DNA of 64,000 nucleotides from Candidatus Gorgyraea atricola (GTDB lineage: Bacteria; Omnitrophota; Gorgyraeia; Gorgyraeales; Gorgyraeaceae). The translations under genes and the position numbers were made by a program. Positions 56,655-64,000 of this stretch are shown one piece after another. The stretch's first letter is position 1. Each line of letters starts with the position of its first letter. A model generated the notes under the pieces. It did not search any database and was not told the DNA's origin. It saw nothing but the letters and a program-made list of their open reading frames with translations. The stretch is taken from positions 12,939 through 76,938 of the forward strand of contig JAVCCW010000029.1 in assembly GCA_030765235.1 (NCBI GenBank), written 5' to 3'.

Positions 56655-56680
56655 GTAGCCCAGGTTTAAATCTGGGCTAC
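56655..56680. repeat. REP variant: GTAGCCCAGGTTTAAATCTGGGCTAC.
   Basis: Near-perfect palindrome. The centre is TTTAAAT. Confidence 0.7.
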
Positions 56681-56818
56681 TATTATAATAGACACATCTA
56701 AGGGGTGGTTTTCTTTCAATTTTTTTAAGGATATCGGGTTTTATGCTGGCTCCCTTGACAATACCTATATTGTAATGTATACTTCATTATAAAATAAACT
56801 GAAGTATTATACTTTATT

Positions 56819-57676
56819 ATGAAGAAACTCTGTATTTTATATTCTTTATTGATTACAGCTATATTTGCCAATAGTGGGGTTGCGTTTGCCGCAACTGTAG
56901 GTAATTCCCTTGATCTTGATGTGCCAAATGTCTCTGCTATATTGAAACAGGAGGCTGTGAGTAAAGCCCTTGATGGCTATGAACAGATGATAAAGATAAA
57001 GGCAGCGCTGGATATGGAATTTCTATTTGATAAAGATCTAAATGGACCTAATGAAGTAGGAGGCGCTGAGCTATCAGGAGAGTCTTATATGGTAAAGCTG
57101 GGCGTTACTATTTTTGACAGGGTAGAGCCATATATCAAGATAGGCGCATCAAGGTTAGACGCGAAATGGAGACAGAATAGTGCATTGGACATAGAGGTTG
57201 CATCTGATCAGGGTTTTGCATGGGGCGGTGGCATAAAGGGGATTATCTGGGATTTCGATGGTTCGGGTATTCGCCTGACAGGCGATGTTCAATGCAGGAT
57301 TACAGATCTGGACGTAAGCGATATTGAGCGGGGAGGTACTGTCATAACTGATACAGGCGCAGATTTTAAAGTAGATGAATGGCAGGCATCCATTGCTATG
57401 AGTAAGAAGTATGAGCTTCCTTTAAAATGGCAGAATATCTACTTAGTGCCTTATACAGGTTTGACGCTTTCTGATTCAACAGTAGATATAAGCTTTAAAA
57501 ATCCAGATGATACTACGCAGGATTGGACGCTCTATGACGCGAATAATGATTCCATGTTTGGTTTTTTTCTGGGATGCGACATTATGCCGACCTTGTCAAG
57601 CTCGTTTATATACAGCATAGAGGTCAGGCTTATTAATGAGATGGCGCTTACGCTTGGCGGCGCAATGAAGTTTTGA
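56819..57676 (+). CDS. Outer-membrane beta-barrel protein, tandem paralog 1.
   Basis: Signal peptide, alternating amphipathic strands and C-terminal 'LTLGGAMKF'. Confidence 0.5.
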   Translation: MKKLCILYSLLITAIFANSGVAFAATVGNSLDLDVPNVSAILKQEAVSKALDGYEQMIKIKAALDMEFLFDKDLNGPNEVGGAELSGESYMVKLGVTIFDRVEPYIKIGASRLDAKWRQNSALDIEVASDQGFAWGGGIKGIIWDFDGSGIRLTGDVQCRITDLDVSDIERGGTVITDTGADFKVDEWQASIAMSKKYELPLKWQNIYLVPYTGLTLSDSTVDISFKNPDDTTQDWTLYDANNDSMFGFFLGCDIMPTLSSSFIYSIEVRLINEMALTLGGAMKF

Positions 57677-57746
57677 AAGAGGGTATAAAAATGACCTATT
57701 CGACACAAACTCAAGGTCATCCTGAGCGACTGAAAGGAGTCGAAGG

Positions 57747-58589
57747 ATGAAAAAAATAATAATAATCTCATTTTTCATAATTTTTAGTGCTTCGTTTGCG
57801 CTGGCAGCTACAGTAGGCGGTCCTGATATGAGCGTTCCAGAGGACTCTCTATTCCTAAAGGAACAGGCAATAAAAAAGACCCTTGATAAATTTGAAGAAG
57901 AGATGAATATAAAAGTCGGCCTGGACATGGAAATAGTTACCAAAAGAACTCTTTCTTCTGCTACGGATGTCACTGACGCTGAGATGGACGGTTATAATTT
58001 CATCCTCAAGGTTTCCAATAATTATAAAGATATGCTCGACTCCTATATAAAAATAGGAACATCCAGTCTTGAAGTCGAGTGGGAGCAAAATGGTGATGCT
58101 GTTAAAGTGGAGTCAAATATTGGTCTTTCCTGGGGCGCTGGCCTAAAGGCAAAGTTATGGGAGCTGAAGAATTATGATGTTGATCTTACAATGGATCTAC
58201 AATATAGGCATAGTGATCTGGGTTTTGACAAGGCAAAGATAAACGGTTCAGAATCAACAGCTTCTCGCACTAACGAGGATTTCACAATAGATGAATGGCA
58301 GACGAGTTTATTGGCCAGCAAGAAATTCATTATTCCATTAGGGGTAAATGATTGCTATGTTATTCCGTATGGCGGCCTGACTTATTTAGCGTCAGACATA
58401 GATGTGAATTTTATGCGGTCTACTACTGGTCAGCTTTATTCTACATATAATGCGAATGATGAAAATAGCTTTGGTATTGTACTTGGCTGCGATATAATGC
58501 CGTTCTATTTGAGCTACTATCTGCTGAACTTTGAGCTCAGACTCCTGAATGAGACTGCCCTGACTCTTGGCGGTACAGTGAAGTTCTAA
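57747..58589 (+). CDS. Outer-membrane beta-barrel protein, tandem paralog 2.
   Basis: Signal peptide, conserved 'AATVGxxxxxVPE...LDxxEExMxIKxxLDME' and C-terminal 'LTLGGTVKF'. Confidence 0.5.
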   Translation: MKKIIIISFFIIFSASFALAATVGGPDMSVPEDSLFLKEQAIKKTLDKFEEEMNIKVGLDMEIVTKRTLSSATDVTDAEMDGYNFILKVSNNYKDMLDSYIKIGTSSLEVEWEQNGDAVKVESNIGLSWGAGLKAKLWELKNYDVDLTMDLQYRHSDLGFDKAKINGSESTASRTNEDFTIDEWQTSLLASKKFIIPLGVNDCYVIPYGGLTYLASDIDVNFMRSTTGQLYSTYNANDENSFGIVLGCDIMPFYLSYYLLNFELRLLNETALTLGGTVKF

Positions 58590-58668
58590 AGAGTTTCCCA
58601 TCTTTTCCCTTGCCATAGTTCCTATCTATTATATATAATGTTATACAACTTAATTTTAGGAGGTTAGG

Positions 58669-59115
58669 GTGGATTTCTTTGTAGACTTAGGGAAGAACCA
58701 GGTGTTTTTGACTGCCTCGTTGGCATGGCTTTTAGCGCAGACCATAAAGGTGGCGATCGGTGTGATACGCGAGAAGCGGTTTAATTTTAGATGGTTCGTG
58801 GGAGCAGGGGGTATGCCGAGTTCTCATGCCGCTACTGTGACAGCGCTTGCCGCTTCTATTGGATTTACCTTTGGTTTTTCGTCGGCATTTTTTGCATTCG
58901 CGTTTTTCATTGCGCTTATCATAATGTTTGATGCCCAGGGTGTGCGGCGGCAAAGCGGCCAGCAGGCAGAGATACTCAATAAGATCATAGAGGATATTTA
59001 TTTACAAAAGGGCGTTAAACAGGATCGTCTTATAGCGTTATTAGGTCATACGCCTATACAGGTATTTATAGGCGCTGCATTAGGTATTTTAGTCGCGATT
59101 TTTTGTTACAGATAA
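58669..59115 (+). CDS. Divergent PAP2 family membrane protein (DUF212/YuiD-like).
   Basis: 'GGMPSSHAATVTALAASIGF' and 'FDAQGVRRQSG'. Confidence 0.7.
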   Translation: MDFFVDLGKNQVFLTASLAWLLAQTIKVAIGVIREKRFNFRWFVGAGGMPSSHAATVTALAASIGFTFGFSSAFFAFAFFIALIIMFDAQGVRRQSGQQAEILNKIIEDIYLQKGVKQDRLIALLGHTPIQVFIGAALGILVAIFCYR

Positions 59116-59118
59116 AAC

Positions 59119-60036
59119 ATGGAGGATAGAGTGAATAGTAAACTGGTTGGTGCGGGAATTGGTTTGGCGTTGATATTGGTATTGATAATTATTGTATTCA
59201 GTCCTAAGAATCAGGCTAAGATAGAGGGGTTATCAGATTTTAGATCTGTAAGGGAATTGATCTCGAAGGACGATCTGGATGAGGCAGAGAAAAAGATAGC
59301 TGAGCTAACAGATAAAGATCCTGATTCAGCTGAGGCAGGCAGGGTCTATTTTGATCTCGCAAAATCTTACGAGAAAAAAGAAGAGATCGTTAAGGCAAGG
59401 GATGCATATCAGATGATATTGAGTAAATATCAGAATGTCGACAATATACTTCAGATACAGGAAAAACTGGGAGCGCTTAACATAGAGATACTTTTTTCCC
59501 CTATTATTACAGATATGGACCTGCTCTATCAGGTGGAGCCAGGCGACAGTCTTACAAAGATCGCAAAGAAATTCAAGACGACGATCGAGCTTATCAAGGC
59601 TTCAAATTCACTGGAAAGTAATACCATAATGGCCAATTCAAGACTAAAGGTCTCGACTGCCAGATATAAGATATTGATAGATAAGTCTCAAAATCTTTTA
59701 ACGATTTTTTCTGGGGATGAGGATACTGTAAAGGTCTATCCGGTTTCAACAGGCAAAAATGGATCTACGCCAGTAGGGACTTTTACTATAATCAATAGAA
59801 TGGAAGACCCTGTCTGGTATAAAGAAGGTGCAATGGTGCCTGCTGAGAGCCCTGAGAATATTCTTGGTTCGCGCTGGCTTGGACTTTCTGAAAAAGGTTA
59901 TGGCATTCATGGGACAATAGATCCAGACAGTGTGGGCCAACAGGCTACGCAAGGCTGCGTGAGGATGTTCAATGCCGACGTGGAAGAGTTATACGCTATT
60001 ATTCCAGTCGGGACACAGGTCACGACAGTAGAGTGA
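59119..60036 (+). CDS. LysM domain + L,D-transpeptidase (YkuD) protein.
   Basis: LysM 'YQVEPGDSLTKIAKKF'. Catalytic 'GIHGT...GCVRM'. Confidence 0.8.
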   Translation: MEDRVNSKLVGAGIGLALILVLIIIVFSPKNQAKIEGLSDFRSVRELISKDDLDEAEKKIAELTDKDPDSAEAGRVYFDLAKSYEKKEEIVKARDAYQMILSKYQNVDNILQIQEKLGALNIEILFSPIITDMDLLYQVEPGDSLTKIAKKFKTTIELIKASNSLESNTIMANSRLKVSTARYKILIDKSQNLLTIFSGDEDTVKVYPVSTGKNGSTPVGTFTIINRMEDPVWYKEGAMVPAESPENILGSRWLGLSEKGYGIHGTIDPDSVGQQATQGCVRMFNADVEELYAIIPVGTQVTTVE

Positions 60037-60044
60037 GATAGATT

Positions 60045-60989
60045 ATGGCAGGTGGATTGGATTTTGAAAAACCTATATTGGAACTGGAGCTGAAGATAGC
60101 AGAGCTAAAGTCTCTTGCGTCAGATGGCAGCATAAATCTTTCTGCAGAGATAAAGACGCTCGAGGCAAGACTCGAGAAGGTCAAGAAAGAGATTTTTGAT
60201 TCTCTTACGCCATGGCAGAAGATACAGATCGCCAGGCATCCGAAAAGGCCGTACACCACTGATTACATCCATATGATAATGGTGGATTTTGTTGAGTTGC
60301 ATGGCGATCGCATGTTTAAGGATGACAAGGCCATGATCGGCGGTTTTGCCAAGATCGACGGGGAAAAAGTCATGGTGATCGGCCATCAAAAAGGCAGGGA
60401 CACAAAAGAGAATCTCATGAGAAATTTTGGCAGCGCTCATCCAGAAGGGTATCGCAAGGCAATGAGACTGATGAAGCTTGCCGAGAAATTTAATGCACCT
60501 ATAGTCACTTTTATTGATACACCTGGCGCATATCCTGGCATAGGCGCTGAAGAGCGTGGCCAGGCAAATTCCATTGCGCATAATCTGATGGAGATGATAT
60601 CTTTAAAGGTGCCAGTGATCGTAGTAGTAATAGGAGAGGGTGGCTCAGGAGGAGCGCTTGGCATAGGTATAGGCGACAGGGTCTATGTAATGGAGAATGC
60701 ATACTATTCAGTGATATCTCCAGAAGGCTGCGCTGCTATTTTATGGAAAGACAGATTAAAGGCGCCTGAGGCAGCAGAGGTGCTGAAGCTTACTGCCAAG
60801 GACCTTATTGAACTCGAGATTATTGATGGTGAGATCCCAGAGCCAATTGGCGGTGCGCACAGGGACCCTGAAAAAACAGCTCAGACCGTGAAGAAGTGCA
60901 TAAAAAAGGCATTGAAGGAACTCAAAACAGTTCCTGTGGATAAATTACTAAAAAAGCGCTACGAGAAATTCAGAAGCATGGGGGATTAG
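60045..60989 (+). CDS. accA: Acetyl-CoA carboxylase carboxyltransferase alpha subunit.
   Basis: '[19 protein letters not shown]' and '[17 protein letters not shown]'. Confidence 0.9.
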   Translation: MAGGLDFEKPILELELKIAELKSLASDGSINLSAEIKTLEARLEKVKKEIFDSLTPWQKIQIARHPKRPYTTDYIHMIMVDFVELHGDRMFKDDKAMIGGFAKIDGEKVMVIGHQKGRDTKENLMRNFGSAHPEGYRKAMRLMKLAEKFNAPIVTFIDTPGAYPGIGAEERGQANSIAHNLMEMISLKVPVIVVVIGEGGSGGALGIGIGDRVYVMENAYYSVISPEGCAAILWKDRLKAPEAAEVLKLTAKDLIELEIIDGEIPEPIGGAHRDPEKTAQTVKKCIKKALKELKTVPVDKLLKKRYEKFRSMGD

Positions 60990-60999
60990 GTTTAGCCCG

Positions 61000-61072
61000 T
61001 TGACCCGTTACCCGTTTTGCCCGTTAACGGGCAAAACGGGTAAACGGACTAAACGGGTAACGGAAATTGCCG
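61000..61072. repeat. About 70-nt imperfect palindrome between accA and tRNA-Leu.
   Basis: GTTTAGCCCGTT ... CCCGTTTTGCCCGTTAACGGGCAAAACGGG ... AACGGACTAAAC. Confidence 0.4.
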
Positions 61073-61156
61073 GAGTGGCGGAACTGGCTGACGCGCACGA
61101 CTCAAAATCGTGTGAGGCAACCCCTCGTGTGGGTTCGACTCCCACCTCCGGCACCA
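61069..61156 (+). tRNA. tRNA-Leu (anticodon CAA), class II with a long variable arm; CCA encoded.
   Basis: Acceptor GCCGGAG/CTCCGGC. Anticodon stem CACGA/TCGTG with loop CTCAAAA. T-loop GGTTCGACTCC. Confidence 0.8.
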
Positions 61157-61279
61157 TGAACCACTCGCTAAGAATACTACTTTTAGTTGCGTATTCGCTC
61201 GGGTTCATGGCAGGCCATCAGATACTGGGGCGTGCCCCGTTCCAAATTGCCCGATTTTAAGAATGGGGCAATTTGGAAT

Positions 61280-61353
61280 GGGGCTGTAGTGAAGCGGGAT
61301 CACACGACAATGGCATTGTCGCATCACGGGTTCGATTCCCGTCAGCTCCACCA
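61280..61353 (+). tRNA. tRNA-Ala (anticodon GGC); CCA encoded.
   Basis: Acceptor GGGGCTG/CAGCTCC with the G3:U70 identity pair. Anticodon stem CGACA/TGTCG with loop ATGGCAT. T-arm ACGGG-TTCGATT-CCCGT. Confidence 0.7.
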
Positions 61354-61374
61354 AACTCGCCGAAGGCGAGTTTG
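61354..61374 (+). terminator. Hairpin CTCGCC-GAAG-GCGAG plus TTT after the tRNAs.
   Basis: Short GC stem followed by TTT. Confidence 0.4.
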
Positions 61375-61440
61375 ATCCTGAGCGAGCAATAAAATCCGAT
61401 GAATAAGAGGATTTTATGCGAGTCGAAGGACCTTTTTATT

Positions 61441-63969
61441 ATGAGTGAATTTTATCCGTTTAAGAAAATTGAGAAGAAGTGGCAGAAGGCGTGGGAGAAG
61501 AAGGGTCTTTTTAAGATGGACCCTAAGTCTTCTAAGGAAAAATACTATTGCCTCATGATGTTTCCGTATCCGTCTGCATCTCTGCATGTAGGACATGGCA
61601 GGAACTACATCATAGGTGATGTTGTAGCGCGTTATAAGATCATGCATAAGCTCAATGTCCTGGCGCCAATGGGCTGGGATGCATTTGGCCTTCCTGCAGA
61701 AAATGCTGCTATAAAGAGCGGCATCCATCCTAAGACTTCCACATTGAATAATATAAAGACAATGAAAAAGCAACTCGATGCCTGGGGCGTGGGTTATGAC
61801 TGGGATAGAGAGATTGCTTCGTGCATGCCTGACTATTACAAATGGACACAGTGGATATTTTTAGAGCTCTATAAAAAAGGTCTTGCCTATAAGAAAAAAG
61901 CCCAGGTCAACTGGTGTCCTTCCTGCCAAACGGTGCTTGCAAATGAGCAGGTCGTGGATGGCGCGTGCGAGAGATGCTCATCAGAGGTCGAACTGCGCAG
62001 CCTGGAGCAATGGTTTTTAAAGATCACTGATTACGCGCAAAGGCTTCTGGATGATCTGAGTCTTTTAAAGGATTGGCCAGAGCGTGTAAGGATCATGCAG
62101 AAGAACTGGATAGGCAGGAGCGAGGGCGTTGAGATAGATTTCAAGCTTGAAAAAAGCCGAGGTCCAGCCTCGGCTTTTTTGAGCTGTTTTACCACAAGGG
62201 TGGATACGATTTATGGCGCTACATATATGGTGCTTGCTGCAGAGCATCCAATGGTCGAGGAATTAGTAAAGAGTTCCAGTAAAGAAAAAGACATAAAGAA
62301 ATTCATCGCAGATGTTAAAAAAGAGAGTTTTACAGACAGGGTCTCAGCTACGACTGAGAAAAAAGGCATATTTACAGGCCGCTATGTTATAAATCCTGTG
62401 AATAATAAAAAGATCCCGCTCTGGATCTCGAATTATGTACTCATGGAATATGGCACTGGCGCAGTAATGGCAGTGCCTGCGCATGATGAAAGGGATTTTG
62501 AATTTGCGAAAAAGTATGATCTAGATATAGTGGTCGTGATCGATGATCCAAAAGAACATCTTGATGTAAAGACTATGAAAGAAGCCTTTGTTGAAGAAGG
62601 CGTAATGGTAAATTCTGATCAATTCAATGACCTGCCAAGCCTTAAGGCAATTGAAAAAATCGCAGACTACATGGAAAAAGAAGAGATCGGCAGGAGAAAG
62701 ATCCATTATAAGCTGCGGGACTGGCTCATCTCCAGGCAGAGATACTGGGGCGCGCCTATACCTATAGTGTATTGTGAAAAATGTGGCATACAGGCAGTGG
62801 ACGAGAAAGACCTGCCAGTTCTTTTGCCTGAAAAAGTTGAATTCAAGCCTCATGGCGAGTCACCTCTAAAACAAGCCAAGGGTTTTGTCAATGCAAAATG
62901 CCCTAAGTGTAAATCAAAAGCTCGACGAGAAATCGATACAATGGACACATTCGTGGACTCGAGCTGGTATTTTCTTAGATTCTTATCGTCAAAAGACAAC
63001 AAAAGACCTTTTGATAAAGAATTAATCAATAAGTGGCTTCCTGTAGATCAATATATAGGTGGCGTAGAGCATGCTATTCTGCATTTAATGTATTCAAGAT
63101 TTATTGTAAAGGTACTTTATGATTTGGGTCATGTAGGTTTTAAAGAACCATTCGCCAAACTCTTTACACAGGGCATGATCGTAAAAGATGGCGCAAAGAT
63201 GTCCAAGTCAAAAGGCAATGTAGTAAGTCCTGACGCGCTCATAGAAAAATACGGCGCAGACACAGTGAGACTTTATACATTGTTCATTGGTCCACCTGAG
63301 AAGGATGCAGAGTGGAATGACCGAGGAGTAGAGGGAGCGTGGAGATTTCTTAATCGGGTGTGGAGGCTTGTGGAAGGGACAAGGGACAAGGGACCCCATA
63401 CGAGAATCAAAGATTTCGTACGGGGCAGGCAAGGGACAAGGGATGAAGGCTTAAGACGAAGAACTCATCTTACTATTAAAAAAGTTACAGAAGATATGGA
63501 AGGGTCGTTTCATTTTAATACAGCGCTCAGTGCGATAATGGAGTTAGTGAATGAGATCTATAAAGTCAGGGACAAGGGACCCCATACGAGAATCAAAGAT
63601 TTCGTACGGGGCAGGCAAGGGACAAGAGACAAGGGGTATGGACTTGCCGTAGAGACTGTGATAATTCTTCTTGCGCCATTCGTGCCGCATGTTGCTGAAG
63701 AGATGTGGGAGAGGTTGGGGAATAAGAAAAGCGTGTTTGAAGCAGAGTGGCCAGGATATGACGAGGCTGCGCTTGCTCAGGACAAGATTACTATGCCAGT
63801 GCAGATAAATGGCAGGGTGCGCTCAAAAATAGAAGTAGCATCAAGCGCAGGTGATGAAGATATTAAAAGAATTGTGCTTGAAGATCCTGGAATAAATAAA
63901 TGGACTCAAGGTAAAGCGCCCAAGAAGATTATTGTTGTAAAAGGGAGATTAGTGAATCTTGTGGTATAA
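61441..63969 (+). CDS. leuS: Leucyl-tRNA synthetase carrying in-frame palindromic insertions.
   Basis: 'HVGHGRNY' HIGH motif, 'KMSKSKGN' KMSKS motif, editing-domain 'TTRVDTIYGATYMVLAAEHP'. Start at the internal ATG at 61441 (the ORF track starts at 61399). Confidence 0.9.
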   Translation: MSEFYPFKKIEKKWQKAWEKKGLFKMDPKSSKEKYYCLMMFPYPSASLHVGHGRNYIIGDVVARYKIMHKLNVLAPMGWDAFGLPAENAAIKSGIHPKTSTLNNIKTMKKQLDAWGVGYDWDREIASCMPDYYKWTQWIFLELYKKGLAYKKKAQVNWCPSCQTVLANEQVVDGACERCSSEVELRSLEQWFLKITDYAQRLLDDLSLLKDWPERVRIMQKNWIGRSEGVEIDFKLEKSRGPASAFLSCFTTRVDTIYGATYMVLAAEHPMVEELVKSSSKEKDIKKFIADVKKESFTDRVSATTEKKGIFTGRYVINPVNNKKIPLWISNYVLMEYGTGAVMAVPAHDERDFEFAKKYDLDIVVVIDDPKEHLDVKTMKEAFVEEGVMVNSDQFNDLPSLKAIEKIADYMEKEEIGRRKIHYKLRDWLISRQRYWGAPIPIVYCEKCGIQAVDEKDLPVLLPEKVEFKPHGESPLKQAKGFVNAKCPKCKSKARREIDTMDTFVDSSWYFLRFLSSKDNKRPFDKELINKWLPVDQYIGGVEHAILHLMYSRFIVKVLYDLGHVGFKEPFAKLFTQGMIVKDGAKMSKSKGNVVSPDALIEKYGADTVRLYTLFIGPPEKDAEWNDRGVEGAWRFLNRVWRLVEGTRDKGPHTRIKDFVRGRQGTRDEGLRRRTHLTIKKVTEDMEGSFHFNTALSAIMELVNEIYKVRDKGPHTRIKDFVRGRQGTRDKGYGLAVETVIILLAPFVPHVAEEMWERLGNKKSVFEAEWPGYDEAALAQDKITMPVQINGRVRSKIEVASSAGDEDIKRIVLEDPGINKWTQGKAPKKIIVVKGRLVNLVV
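62150..62180. repeat. Terminator-like hairpin element A6-GCCGAGG-TCCAG-CCTCGGC-T6, embedded in-frame in leuS.
   Basis: Reverse-complement-identical to one arm of the intergenic palindrome at 13052-13098. Encodes 'EKSRGPASAFLS'. Confidence 0.6.
63375..63443. repeat. About 60-nt palindromic element, copy 1, in-frame in leuS (encodes 'TRDKGPHTRIKDFVRGRQGTRD').
   Basis: AGGGACAAGGGACCCCATACGAGAATCAAAGATTTCGTACGGGGCAGGCAAGGGACAAG. Hairpin CCCCATACG/CGTACGGGG. Confidence 0.65.
63569..63636. repeat. About 60-nt palindromic element, copy 2, in-frame in leuS, about 190 nt downstream of copy 1.
   Basis: Near-identical direct repeat of 63375-63443. Confidence 0.65.
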
Positions 63970-64000
63970 TTGTTCTATGTTAAGAAAAATAGTTATTGTT

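Noticed and set aside
10178-56680. Possibility that the recurring 26-nt palindromes form a CRISPR array.
   Set aside because: Copies are dispersed over 46 kb, mostly singly, after stop codons. There are no regularly spaced repeat-spacer units and no cas genes. The pattern fits REP/RAYT.
61000-61375. ORFs 61000-61260 (+), 61008-61208 (-) and 61187-61375 (+).
   Set aside because: They overlap two clearly folded tRNA genes and palindromic spacers. They are not coding.
63375-63636. Possibility that the duplicated 20-aa segments in LeuS are an intein or a duplicated functional motif.
   Set aside because: They are too short for an intein and lack the Cys/Ser...His-Asn splicing motifs. The DNA-level palindrome plus direct-repeat flanks point to element insertion.

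Overview
This 64 kb window comes from a low-GC, uncultivated-type bacterial genome and is almost entirely coding on the + strand. It contains four main parts:

1. A cluster of three paralogous secreted proteins (18, 12 and 1 copies of a roughly 35-residue Asn/Gln/Ser-rich repeat). It is followed by a periplasmic C39-like peptidase and a frameshifted FN3 + outer-membrane beta-barrel gene. Two paralogous HTH–HD-GYP (c-di-GMP phosphodiesterase) regulators bracket this cluster. I interpret it as a candidate undescribed Fap/curli-like secreted-fibre (functional-amyloid-like) system.
2. A large exopolysaccharide (EPS) biosynthesis and export locus: an outer-membrane protein, Wza, a Wzc tyrosine kinase, two Wzy-like genes, a Wzx flippase, four GT4 glycosyltransferases, a GT4-GT4-heparinase II/III fusion, a FemAB-like protein, a deacetylase, a CapK-like ligase, two radical SAM enzymes, a sugar dehydrogenase and a priming sugar transferase. 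No exosortase or PEP-CTERM gene is recognisable in the window.
3. A dispersed family of at least 13 copies of a 26-nt palindromic REP element (consensus GTAGGCCAGGTTTAAACCTGGCCTAC). One REP-associated tyrosine transposase (RAYT) gene is flanked by copies. A second family of short palindromes ends in TGTCATT/AATGACA.
4. A housekeeping tail: YifB/ComM, two tandem outer-membrane paralogs, a LysM L,D-transpeptidase, AccA, tRNA-Leu(CAA), tRNA-Ala(GGC) and leuS. The leuS reading frame carries three in-frame palindromic insertions, one of them identical to an intergenic terminator-like hairpin.
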